The notes beneath the pieces were generated by a model. The model did no database searches and had not been told where the DNA came from. It saw only the letters and a program-made list of their open reading frames with translations. Positions 29,810-38,503 of a DNA stretch of 64,000 nt are shown here, in pieces. The stretch covers positions 79,934 to 143,933 of the forward strand of contig CAZRCZ010000008.1 of NCBI GenBank assembly GCA_964598765.1, read 5' to 3'. A program made the translations under genes and the position numbers. Source of the stretch: an uncultured Candidatus Sumerlaeota bacterium. Its GTDB lineage: Bacteria > Sumerlaeota > Sumerlaeia > MVZB01 > JAJFLK01. Numbering within the stretch: the stretch's first letter is position 1; each line of letters starts with the position of its first letter.

Positions 29810-31672
29810 GTGATGTTCAAACGATTAGCGTGGCTTTTGGCCGCGGGGATTCTGATTGCGGGGCCGAGGTTGGCCCGGGCCGACGGGGACGAGGCTCCGG
29901 CCGCGAAGGCCGCCGCTCCGGCCAAGGAGAAAGCCCCTGCCAAGGAAAAACACTCCCACGAGGATGAAGGCAAGGGACACAAACATATCCCCTACAGCAA
30001 GGAACCCGTGGATGACATTCAAGTGGTTAATGAGCACGCGCATCCCTTGGAGGGAGTTTTCTTTCCGCCGGAATCGCATCATTATCAGGACCTCGACACG
30101 GCTCCCAATGAACAACTCAACCGCAACGTGCGGATTCTGCGGACGACGAGCAAGGTTCAATTAAACCGTTACGTTCCCATCGTCGTCACGATGAAGAACG
30201 TCAATCCCTATCACGTTGTTCAGTTCTTTCATCGGGCGATTTCGTCCGAAGAAGGGGCGATTTACACCTATGTCAGCGACAAGGGGAACGACGGCTTGAT
30301 TTTGATGGGCGTTCCCGAATATCAGATTCCCTACATCGAGGATTTGGCGAAGAAACTCGACATGCCCGGATTGACGGACGAGGACGGTACGACCAGGGTG
30401 TATCGCCAGTTGAAGCACCGGCGCGCCAACATCGATCCGGTCAATTCCACGCTTGACGATTCAGGATTCCCGAATTCGTTCCTGCCTTATTTGACGGGCA
30501 ATGGAACAAAGATCATCGTGGACCCGGAACAGAACGCGGTTTACATCGAGGATCCTCCGACCGGCTTGGCCACCTTGGACGCCGATTACGCGACCAAGCT
30601 GGATCAGCCGACGCCCGAAGCGGTGATTGACACCAAGTTGTATGAGCTTGACATGAACAACAACGCGCGGTTGGGTTTGGATTACATCGCTTGGAAAAAC
30701 GGTCCGGGACAAAATCTTTTCGCCTTCGGAGCGTATTACGAGCATGGAGCCGTGAACATTCACAAGGGCACCGGCTTGGGGACCTCCGCCCTCAACGGGT
30801 TGGACACCCTTCCCATGCCGAAATCCAACTTCACCAGCCATGGATACAACTTCGCCTACGCCTACGACGTGCCGTCGGCTTACTTTGATTTCCTCGCGGT
30901 TCGGGGCAAAGCCAAGGTGCTGAACTCGGCGAAAGTCGCCGCGCTCAACACTCGCTCGGCCACCATCACTGCGGGCGATCAGGTTCTCTATTATCCGGTA
31001 GCGACCTCCGATCCTTCGGGCGTTCGGCCCAAGGGCGCTCCGTTCGCGGCCAACAGCGGACGGGCGGTTTTGGGAACGCAAAATTCGGCGACCTCGACCG
31101 ACGTGCCGATTGGAACCCTCGAAGTCACCACGACCTCGGGCGACACCAGCGTCAAGACGACGACGGCGCTCACGGCGACCTCGACGACGCTTGCGCCGGT
31201 TCAAACGGGACTTCAGATCAACCTGACGCCGCTGATTTATGACAATGGATTGGATTTGACCATTGCCGGAAACATCAGCGACTTCAATGGGTTCGACGAC
31301 ACGGGCGCGCCCAAGATCAACAATCGCTCCATCTCCACGAGTCTTCGGCTCAAGGAAGGAAGCGAGACGATCCTTGGCGGGCTGATGCGCGAGAGCAAGG
31401 TCAAGGGGAAGAACGCCATGCCGATCTTTGGGAAAATTCCCATTCTCGGCTGGGCCGTCGGCGGCGAAACCACACGGAGCACGAAGTCCGAAGTGGTTCT
31501 TGCGGTCAAGGTTGACAAGATCGAACGGTTCGATCCCAAGGCCAAGACCACGATGAGCGCCGAGGACAAAGCCGTGGCCGAAGGTCCGGTCCCCGTTCCC
31601 GCCGCGCAGTGGGGCTTCGACATGTTCTGTCTGGACAAAGAGAAGCAACCCTACGCCTTCGAAACGAAGTAA
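29810..31672 (+). CDS. Secretin-family outer-membrane channel protein (GspD/PilQ superfamily), paralogue 1
   Basis: A signal peptide is present and the RBS is ggagg. Secretin_N-like segments are present. The C-terminal secretin signature is MPIFGKIPILGWAVGGETTRSTKSEVVLAVKV. Confidence 0.7.
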   Translation: MMFKRLAWLLAAGILIAGPRLARADGDEAPAAKAAAPAKEKAPAKEKHSHEDEGKGHKHIPYSKEPVDDIQVVNEHAHPLEGVFFPPESHHYQDLDTAPNEQLNRNVRILRTTSKVQLNRYVPIVVTMKNVNPYHVVQFFHRAISSEEGAIYTYVSDKGNDGLILMGVPEYQIPYIEDLAKKLDMPGLTDEDGTTRVYRQLKHRRANIDPVNSTLDDSGFPNSFLPYLTGNGTKIIVDPEQNAVYIEDPPTGLATLDADYATKLDQPTPEAVIDTKLYELDMNNNARLGLDYIAWKNGPGQNLFAFGAYYEHGAVNIHKGTGLGTSALNGLDTLPMPKSNFTSHGYNFAYAYDVPSAYFDFLAVRGKAKVLNSAKVAALNTRSATITAGDQVLYYPVATSDPSGVRPKGAPFAANSGRAVLGTQNSATSTDVPIGTLEVTTTSGDTSVKTTTALTATSTTLAPVQTGLQINLTPLIYDNGLDLTIAGNISDFNGFDDTGAPKINNRSISTSLRLKEGSETILGGLMRESKVKGKNAMPIFGKIPILGWAVGGETTRSTKSEVVLAVKVDKIERFDPKAKTTMSAEDKAVAEGPVPVPAAQWGFDMFCLDKEKQPYAFETK

Positions 31673-31708
31673 CCCCGAGTAACGAAGAAAGATTAAAGGA
31701 GCATTGAC

Positions 31709-33475
31709 ATGAAATCCAAAAAACACACGCGAATCGCCGGACTGGCGCTACTGAGCGGGCTTTTGGCCTCTCCGTTGGCGTTCGGTCAGGCGCAGTCGCT
31801 GATCTCCATTCCTCCGGTCAACGGCGACAACGGGGGACTGATTAACCAGAACAACTCACCGACGGTCTTTGTGGGACCTCAACCCTCGACCGACGAGAGC
31901 CACATCAACGACTACACCAATCAGAACGACCAGATGAATCTTGACGCCAACGCGGGCAATGTTCGCGTCCTGCGGACCAGCCAGAAGGCGTTGCTGAACG
32001 ATTTCGTCACCGCCCTGATTGAGGTAAAGGACGTGGACGTGCGGGAAATCCGCAACGCCATCCGGACCATTTGCGGTTTGGAAGGCGGACGCGCCGAAGT
32101 CGTGATCCACTACATCGTGGACAAGGATGGAAAGCCGGTTCCAGACAAGGACGGCAAGCCGCAGATCGAGAAAAAGTTCGTGCAGGTCATCTGCCCGAAG
32201 TTTCAACTTCCGTATCTGCAAAAGGCCATTGCCGCCTTGGACAAAGCGTGGGTCGGCGAGGAAAACACCGGATCGGTGACGTTCTACTACAAGGCGAAGA
32301 ACCGGAACGCGGCGGGCATTGACTTCATTGCTTCGCACTACGCCTCGGAAACCTCGGCCACCGGAGCTTTCACCGTGATTGACACCACCAACAACGCCGT
32401 CACGCGGCTGGAGGAAGCCTTCCGCGCGGACAAATACATGGAAGCGGCCAAGCAAATTGACATCCCGGCCAATCAGGTCTCGCTCGACGTCAAGGTCGTG
32501 GAACTCAACTCCAACAACGATCTGAAACTCGGCTTGGATTACATCAATTGGAAGAACGGCCCGGGACGCAGTCTTTGGGAGTTCGTCTCCTCCGGATTGC
32601 TTCACGCCGAAAGCCGGAACAAGACCCTGACCAGCATCTACGACCCCGTGACCTTCGGGTTTGCGGGATCGTCGGGCGCGGCAGTGTTGAAGGCGGAATT
32701 CGAGCAGTCCTATCGCGCCGTGAATTATCTGCTGACCTCCAACTACATTGACTTCCTTCAGGTCAAGGGACAAGCCCGCGTGATGACCCAACAGAGCCTT
32801 CGGGTCAAGAGCGCGAACACGGCGACAATTGCGACCAATGACGTCATCGTCGCCACGACCAGTTCGCCGTCCGATCTGGACACCGTCGGCGCCGATACCC
32901 ATCAAGGCATCTCCGCGACCGACCTTGAAGGAATCCGCGTCTCGAAACCGAGCGAGGAGAGCATCTTCACGGTTCCGGTTCGAGACTATGATCGTCGGCT
33001 TCATCATCGTCCCGCCGGTTCGACGGGTCTCTTCCTTGCGGTCACGCCCTTCGTCGGGCTTGAGTCCATGGAATTGGTCCTCAATATCTCCAATGCCGAC
33101 CTGAACGGCGTGGCTCCCAACGGGCAACCGCTCATCAACAATCGCGAAATTACCACGACGATCCGTTTGATGGACGGCGAGCCTTACGTCATCAGCGGCC
33201 TCAAGCGCAAGCACGACATCCGCGAGACGGGCAAGGTTCCCGGCTTGGGTGACATTCCCATCATCGGCTATCTGGCTGGCGGCGAGAACAATATCCAGCG
33301 CGAGAATGACGTCGTCATCATCGTGACGCCTCATTTCCAACTGGCTTCGCAGGCGGACATCAAGAATCCGCAGGAAGTCAAGGATTTGGCCGAAGCGGTC
33401 GGTGGCGCGCCGAGCAAACTGCCTTCCAACCCCTACGGTTACGATCAATGGTTGCTGGATCCGAACGCGAACTAA
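31709..33475 (+). CDS. Secretin-family outer-membrane channel protein, paralogue 2
   Basis: The signal peptide is MKSKKHTRIAGLALLSGLLASPLAFGQA and the RBS is aaaggag. The C-terminal signature is VPGLGDIPIIGYLAGGENNIQRENDVVIIVTPHF. Confidence 0.7.
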   Translation: MKSKKHTRIAGLALLSGLLASPLAFGQAQSLISIPPVNGDNGGLINQNNSPTVFVGPQPSTDESHINDYTNQNDQMNLDANAGNVRVLRTSQKALLNDFVTALIEVKDVDVREIRNAIRTICGLEGGRAEVVIHYIVDKDGKPVPDKDGKPQIEKKFVQVICPKFQLPYLQKAIAALDKAWVGEENTGSVTFYYKAKNRNAAGIDFIASHYASETSATGAFTVIDTTNNAVTRLEEAFRADKYMEAAKQIDIPANQVSLDVKVVELNSNNDLKLGLDYINWKNGPGRSLWEFVSSGLLHAESRNKTLTSIYDPVTFGFAGSSGAAVLKAEFEQSYRAVNYLLTSNYIDFLQVKGQARVMTQQSLRVKSANTATIATNDVIVATTSSPSDLDTVGADTHQGISATDLEGIRVSKPSEESIFTVPVRDYDRRLHHRPAGSTGLFLAVTPFVGLESMELVLNISNADLNGVAPNGQPLINNREITTTIRLMDGEPYVISGLKRKHDIRETGKVPGLGDIPIIGYLAGGENNIQRENDVVIIVTPHFQLASQADIKNPQEVKDLAEAVGGAPSKLPSNPYGYDQWLLDPNAN

Positions 33476-33500
33476 GCGGTCGGTTCCCGCATCGGGAAAC

Positions 33501-33546
33501 AAAAAAAACCCGGCATGGCGAAAAGCCGTGCCGGGTTTTTCTTTTG
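33501..33546 (+). terminator. Rho-independent terminator
   Basis: The sequence aaaaaaaacccggcatggcgaaaagccgtgccgggtttttctttt forms a GC stem (one mismatch) followed by a T-tract. Confidence 0.75.
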
Positions 33547-33646
33547 AGTAGCGGCCCTTACATTTCTGGAAGCCTCTTGCTTGATCTGATATTATCTTAC
33601 GTGGCAGGATGGACCGAGAGCGTGATCCTCCCGCGTATACAATCTT

Positions 33647-33991
33647 GTGAACCATAAAATGAAATCCGTCTCATCACCGAGAATCGCTTCCCCGATTGAA
33701 TCCCATCGTGACGATTTGATCCGTCTCTGCCACAAATTCGGCGTCAGCAGAATTGATCTTTTCGGCTCTGCCGCTTGCGAGCGTTTCGACGCGGGAGCGA
33801 GCGATTTCGATTTCAGGGTTGAATTTCATCCTCTTGCCGCCGGCCAACATGCGAAAGCCTATTTCGGATTGAAGGAGGAGCTTCAAATGATTTTGGGTCG
33901 GCCCACTGATCTCGTCATGTCGCGAGCCGTCACGAATCCATATTTCTTTCAGGCCATTGAGCCGTCGCGTGTCACGCTCCATGAGGATTGA
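33647..33991 (+). CDS. mntA: MntA-type nucleotidyltransferase antitoxin (Pol-beta superfamily)
   Basis: The minimal nucleotidyltransferase motif is DLFGSAACERFDAGASDFDF, and it is paired with a DUF86 gene. Confidence 0.65.
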   Translation: MNHKMKSVSSPRIASPIESHRDDLIRLCHKFGVSRIDLFGSAACERFDAGASDFDFRVEFHPLAAGQHAKAYFGLKEELQMILGRPTDLVMSRAVTNPYFFQAIEPSRVTLHED

Positions 33992-34256
33992 GACCCGCAA
34001 ACTGCAGGAAGACATACGCGGGTCCGCCGAGCGGATTCTGCGATTCACTTCGGGAAAACAGTTTTCGGATTATCGGACCGACGATCTGTTGCGCTCCGGC
34101 GTCGAACGGCAATTCGAGGTAATTGGAGAAGCCCTCAATCGTATCGTTAAACTTGATCCCGTCGCCGCCCAAGGCATCCCTTATTATCGGCGGGTGATTG
34201 ACTACCGAAATGTTTTGAGCCACGGATACGACGTCGTTGAACATTCGGTCGTGTGA
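33957..34256 (+). CDS. hepT: HepT-type HEPN (DUF86) toxin
   Basis: The Rx4HxY motif reads RNVLSHGY near the C-terminus. The gene overlaps mntA by ~35 nt. Confidence 0.6.
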   Translation: MSRRVSRSMRIETRKLQEDIRGSAERILRFTSGKQFSDYRTDDLLRSGVERQFEVIGEALNRIVKLDPVAAQGIPYYRRVIDYRNVLSHGYDVVEHSVV

Positions 34257-34390
34257 GATATTATCCAAGTCCATCTGCCCGGACTTTTGGAACATGTCGA
34301 GGAACTCTTGTCGGAATCGGACTGAGAATTAATTCAGCAGGCCGGAATGCGGATAAGAACGGTCCGATCACTCTCGAAACGGAAATTTAA

Positions 34391-35827
34391 TTGAATCCCT
34401 CCCGCGTCATCATCATCGGAGGAGGCGTGGCCGGTTTGGCCGCCGCGCTCCGGCTTGGAGAGAGCGGTCGTTTCGCGCCGCTGATTCTCGAACGAGAAGA
34501 CCAACCCGGCGGACTTGCGAAGTCGCTCCATTTCAAAGGAGTTTCGACCGACTTGGGACCGCATCGGCTTCACACCGAATTGCCGGAAGTGGAAGCATTG
34601 GTTTCGTCGGTGGCCGCTCCTTCGCTCTACAAGGTTCAACGCAGAAGCAGGATTTTTCTTCGTGGGAAGTTTTTGAATTATCCCCCGTCGCCGTTGGAGA
34701 CGGCGGCGCATTTGGGGGTGTCGCGGGTGGCGCGATTCGGCGCAAGCATGGCATTCGGAGCAATCAAACCGCGATCTTCCGCTCCCGAAACTTACGAATC
34801 GCTCATGCGCCGGGCGTTCGGATCGTCGCTCTACGAGTTCATGCTTCGCCCCTACAGCCAAAAAGTTTGGAAGACCGATCCGGCGCAAATCCATCCCGAC
34901 ACGGCGCGGGTGCGGGTTTCGGCGGGGAGTCTGGCCAAGATGATCTCGGGTTTGATCCGGAGAGAGAAGCGGGGGAGCGAGACCGCGCTCCGGGAATTTC
35001 GCTACGTCAAAGGGGGAGTCGAAACGCTGGTTCGGCATCTGGTCGAAAATGCGCGGAAGGCCGGGGCAGAATTGCGGATCTCGAATTCCGTGGACGCGAT
35101 TGAACTCCATCCAGATTCGACGCAACGCCGATTCCGCGCGATGGCGGTCCGGACGTGCACTGACGAACGGCTGGAAACCGATGCCCTGATTTCAACGGTT
35201 CCGCTTCCGGTTCTGCTGGGGCAACTGCTTCCCTCTCTGCCGGAGTTGGCGGCGGCGCGCGAGGCCGCGTCGGGATTGACCTATCTCAACATCATTTTCG
35301 TTTGCGTGATTGTGAAACGAAAAATCATCTCTGGCGACAACTGGCTCTACTTCCCCGAGCCGGAGTGGATTTTCAACCGCGCTTATGAGTCCAAAAGTTT
35401 TGATCCGGAGATGGGACCGGAGGATCGCTCGGTTTTGTGCGTCGAATTAACCTGTCGCCCCGGCGACGCGACGGACCGCGAGACCGACGAAAATCTCGCG
35501 CGCGAGGTCATTGCCCAGATGGTGAAGACCGGACTTTTCCACGCCGACGAAGTTGACGAACGGCTTGTATATCGGTTGCGCTACGGCTATCCGCTCTATT
35601 CTCTGGATTACCGCGAGCGATTGAATGCGATTTTTGCGGGCTTGCGCTCGATTTCCAATTTGCTAACGGCGGGACGACAGGGACTTTTCAACCACAACAA
35701 CACCGACCATTCGATCTTCATGGGACTGCGCGCCGCCGACGCCCTTCTTGCCGACGATGGCCGTTCACCCGCCGAGCGGTGGTATGAAACCGTCGAGCAA
35801 TTCAAACATTTTCGTATCGTGGATTAG
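34391..35827 (+). CDS. FAD-dependent oxidoreductase (amine-oxidase/protoporphyrinogen-oxidase-like)
   Basis: The N-terminal dinucleotide-binding motif is VIIIGGGVAGLAAALRL...LEREDQPGGL. Confidence 0.7.
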   Translation: MNPSRVIIIGGGVAGLAAALRLGESGRFAPLILEREDQPGGLAKSLHFKGVSTDLGPHRLHTELPEVEALVSSVAAPSLYKVQRRSRIFLRGKFLNYPPSPLETAAHLGVSRVARFGASMAFGAIKPRSSAPETYESLMRRAFGSSLYEFMLRPYSQKVWKTDPAQIHPDTARVRVSAGSLAKMISGLIRREKRGSETALREFRYVKGGVETLVRHLVENARKAGAELRISNSVDAIELHPDSTQRRFRAMAVRTCTDERLETDALISTVPLPVLLGQLLPSLPELAAAREAASGLTYLNIIFVCVIVKRKIISGDNWLYFPEPEWIFNRAYESKSFDPEMGPEDRSVLCVELTCRPGDATDRETDENLAREVIAQMVKTGLFHADEVDERLVYRLRYGYPLYSLDYRERLNAIFAGLRSISNLLTAGRQGLFNHNNTDHSIFMGLRAADALLADDGRSPAERWYETVEQFKHFRIVD

Positions 35828-36402
35828 GGCGAGATCAAATCGCTCAGGAAATACTGAAACCGCTTCACGAACAGCGGTTCGCTTCCGGGGCCGGGGACGA
35901 TTACCCCATCCAGAAGGCTGATCAACATTTCCATGTCGGGATCGTCTTTTTTGAGCGGTTCATCGAGGACGGCGATCTTTTTGCTTCCGCGCAATTTGAG
36001 AACCACGCCCGCGATTTGGGAATTCTTCGAGCGAATCGGACCTTCGATGGATTCGAGGAGATTCGCCGCCCGCAATTTGGCGGCGACCGATTCGCCGAAT
36101 GGGGACAGACCTTCTCCCGCCGAGGGAGTCGGCATGACCGATGGCGAAGGATCAGAGCGGATGGCGGTCGGGGTGTTTTTTGCGGTTTGGCCGGCGGAAA
36201 ATGTTCGCATCATCGTCCGCTCGAACGTCTGGGCCTCGGCCTCCTGCGCGTCATGCATCGCCCGAACGCGGCGCGACATCCAAATCCATCCCGCGATCAA
36301 GATCGCGGCCGCCAAGCCTCCGACGAAAAAGGGAAGCAGGCGATAGAAGGGATCCAAAGTTTGGGCGAGCGGATCGGGATGCGGAACGGCGGCGAACATC
36401 AT
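35824..36402 (-). CDS. Hypothetical single-pass membrane protein
   Basis: One TM helix (LLPFFVGGLAAAILIAGWIWM) is present. The 4-nt overlap with the upstream gene is consistent with an operon. Confidence 0.4.
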   Translation of the reverse strand: MMFAAVPHPDPLAQTLDPFYRLLPFFVGGLAAAILIAGWIWMSRRVRAMHDAQEAEAQTFERTMMRTFSAGQTAKNTPTAIRSDPSPSVMPTPSAGEGLSPFGESVAAKLRAANLLESIEGPIRSKNSQIAGVVLKLRGSKKIAVLDEPLKKDDPDMEMLISLLDGVIVPGPGSEPLFVKRFQYFLSDLISP

Positions 36403-36445
36403 GATTGAATTGTAGCCGTTTTGCGGATCGGCTCAAGCGCGCAAT

Positions 36446-38503
36446 TCAATCCTGATACAAGGCGCGCTCGTTGGGTTTGATTTCAATCGGCAAAAGACGG
36501 GGATAAAAATCCACTCCCGACAGCCCCGCTCCGCCCGTGATTTCAAAGGGAAAAGGAAGGCGGTTCAATTCCCGAAGACCGCGCTTATTGCGGTCGTTCT
36601 CGTCGAGGCAGAATCGAATCCACCTTTGCAATTCGGAGGAATCATCGGACAGAGCGACGGGTTGCTCGATGACCTTATGCTCACCGTTTATTTGAACGCC
36701 ATACCGGAGTTGAACTTTCGCGGGTTGACTCCCCTCGCTCAGAATGGCAATGCCGTATTGTTCGACTTCGCCGTTCCCGCTTTCGCCGTCAAACCATTCT
36801 GTTCTGAGTGAGGTCCCCGGTGGAAGCCGATCACCGAACCAATCACGAAAAGTTTCCCATGAAATACGGATTTCAATTTTGTCGCCGCGGCGTGGATTGC
36901 GTTTCATTTGACGTTCGGCCGTTGCGGATAAGCTCGAATCGGGGACAAGCTCCATGACTTTTTTGAGCCATGCTTCCCTCCTCGGATCGTCCGGCGGGAG
37001 CAATTCGGCTTGCGACAATATGCGCCGCGCCTCGGCGTTGGTCAGGCTCGCGTCTTTTTTTGCGTCCAGAAGATCGAACCTTTTCAGGAGCGCGCGGGAT
37101 TGATCAAATCGTCCTTCCCTTTCATAGACGCGCGCGAGCCGCCTCGCCAAATCGGGTGAATCCGGGTGAGACGGCGCAAGGCGAAGAAATTCCGCCGTCG
37201 CGTCGAGCGGCTCGTCGGCGGGAGGAGGGGGACTGAAGTAGGCTATTCCGCCGCGATAGGCCGTTTCAAAAACGTAAAAGACACCGACGCCCGAAAGCGC
37301 GTTCCACATTTGCGCGAGCCGGGACGAAAGCGTGTAAGCCCGTTCGCGCGTCGTTTCCGGTCCAAGAAAAATGAACCGCGCGAGATCGGCGCGGCGCGAC
37401 GCATGCGCCCGCGCCAGTCTCAACTCCACGTTGTATTGCGGATTCAGAAGAAGCCCGCGAAGCCAATCCGCCTCGTGTTCATTCGCTTCCGATTCGGCAA
37501 GTGTCGAGGCAATGTCGCGCGTGACCTTCACGCGATCCGCATTCTCGCCATTCAAGATGGAAAGCGCGGAGACCAATAACTTTTCTTCGTCGCTCCAATG
37601 CTTCTCATTCGCTCCTTTCTCCAAAGCGTCGGTTTTGGAAGACGACGCCGCGCGCAAGAGATCGGGCGCATTAAGAATTACAGGAGGAGCGCGGTCCGGA
37701 TATCCCACTTGATCCGACGCAACCGATTCGCGCCCGCGTCGCGCGATTTCGCGCTCGGCTTCGAAGCGCGTTGGTTCGGCCTTGCTCCAGTCCGGTTTTC
37801 GCCCCAACGCTCCGCGCGCGTAGAAATTCGCCGAATCGGGATCGTCATGTTTCAACGCCCATTGGGCGCGTTCCAGATCCACGGCGGCCAGAGCGTCGTT
37901 CACGCGGATTTCCAATTTCGCCATTCGGTCTTGATCCCGACGGTCGCTCCGTCCTTCGCGCTCCTGATCTTGCAACGCTTTGTAAAGTCTCCGCTCGGCA
38001 ACGGTGACTTGTTTGGGTCCAAAGACCGCAAAGACAGCGTCCACGCCCAGTTGTCCGGCGGCCTGTATGTTTCCCAACAAAACACGTGTCGCGACATAGG
38101 CAAGCCGATTGAACCCTCCCGCGTAAAATCCGTAGCGTCGGATGAACTGTGCTTGACGGCTTTGAAATTTCGCGTCCGACGCCAAATCCTGAAGCGCAAT
38201 CCGACGCAGGGAATCGGGAATGGGAAGGGCCAGCAACGCCCGCAATGATTCCTCATCGGTGCGGCCGTTGCCGTGAATGGACTCCCGAAGGTAAACGCTC
38301 CAAGGATCGGCGGCGTTGGTTGGTTCTGCTTGTGAAGAAGTCGCGGATGCAGTCGTGGGCCGATCATCGGTGAGCCAACCGCGAATCAAGGCAAGCCGTT
38401 GATCGGTTTCGGCGGCGGAATCTTTCGGAGAGGCAATCAGCACCGCAAAGCAGGATACAAAAAATAACGGAAACGGGAAGATGCTCCGCTTGCGCGGACT
38501 CAT
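36446..38503 (-). CDS. Hypothetical secreted protein (685 aa)
   Basis: The signal peptide is MSPRKRSIFPFPLFFVSCFAVLIASP. The composition is balanced and no family was recognised. Confidence 0.5.
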   Translation of the reverse strand: MSPRKRSIFPFPLFFVSCFAVLIASPKDSAAETDQRLALIRGWLTDDRPTTASATSSQAEPTNAADPWSVYLRESIHGNGRTDEESLRALLALPIPDSLRRIALQDLASDAKFQSRQAQFIRRYGFYAGGFNRLAYVATRVLLGNIQAAGQLGVDAVFAVFGPKQVTVAERRLYKALQDQEREGRSDRRDQDRMAKLEIRVNDALAAVDLERAQWALKHDDPDSANFYARGALGRKPDWSKAEPTRFEAEREIARRGRESVASDQVGYPDRAPPVILNAPDLLRAASSSKTDALEKGANEKHWSDEEKLLVSALSILNGENADRVKVTRDIASTLAESEANEHEADWLRGLLLNPQYNVELRLARAHASRRADLARFIFLGPETTRERAYTLSSRLAQMWNALSGVGVFYVFETAYRGGIAYFSPPPPADEPLDATAEFLRLAPSHPDSPDLARRLARVYEREGRFDQSRALLKRFDLLDAKKDASLTNAEARRILSQAELLPPDDPRREAWLKKVMELVPDSSLSATAERQMKRNPRRGDKIEIRISWETFRDWFGDRLPPGTSLRTEWFDGESGNGEVEQYGIAILSEGSQPAKVQLRYGVQINGEHKVIEQPVALSDDSSELQRWIRFCLDENDRNKRGLRELNRLPFPFEITGGAGLSGVDFYPRLLPIEIKPNERALYQD

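Noticed and set aside
30461-33655. Long minus-strand ORFs (421 aa and 599 aa) opposite the secretin genes
   Set aside because: They run antisense to genes with strong secretin signatures and have no domain support.
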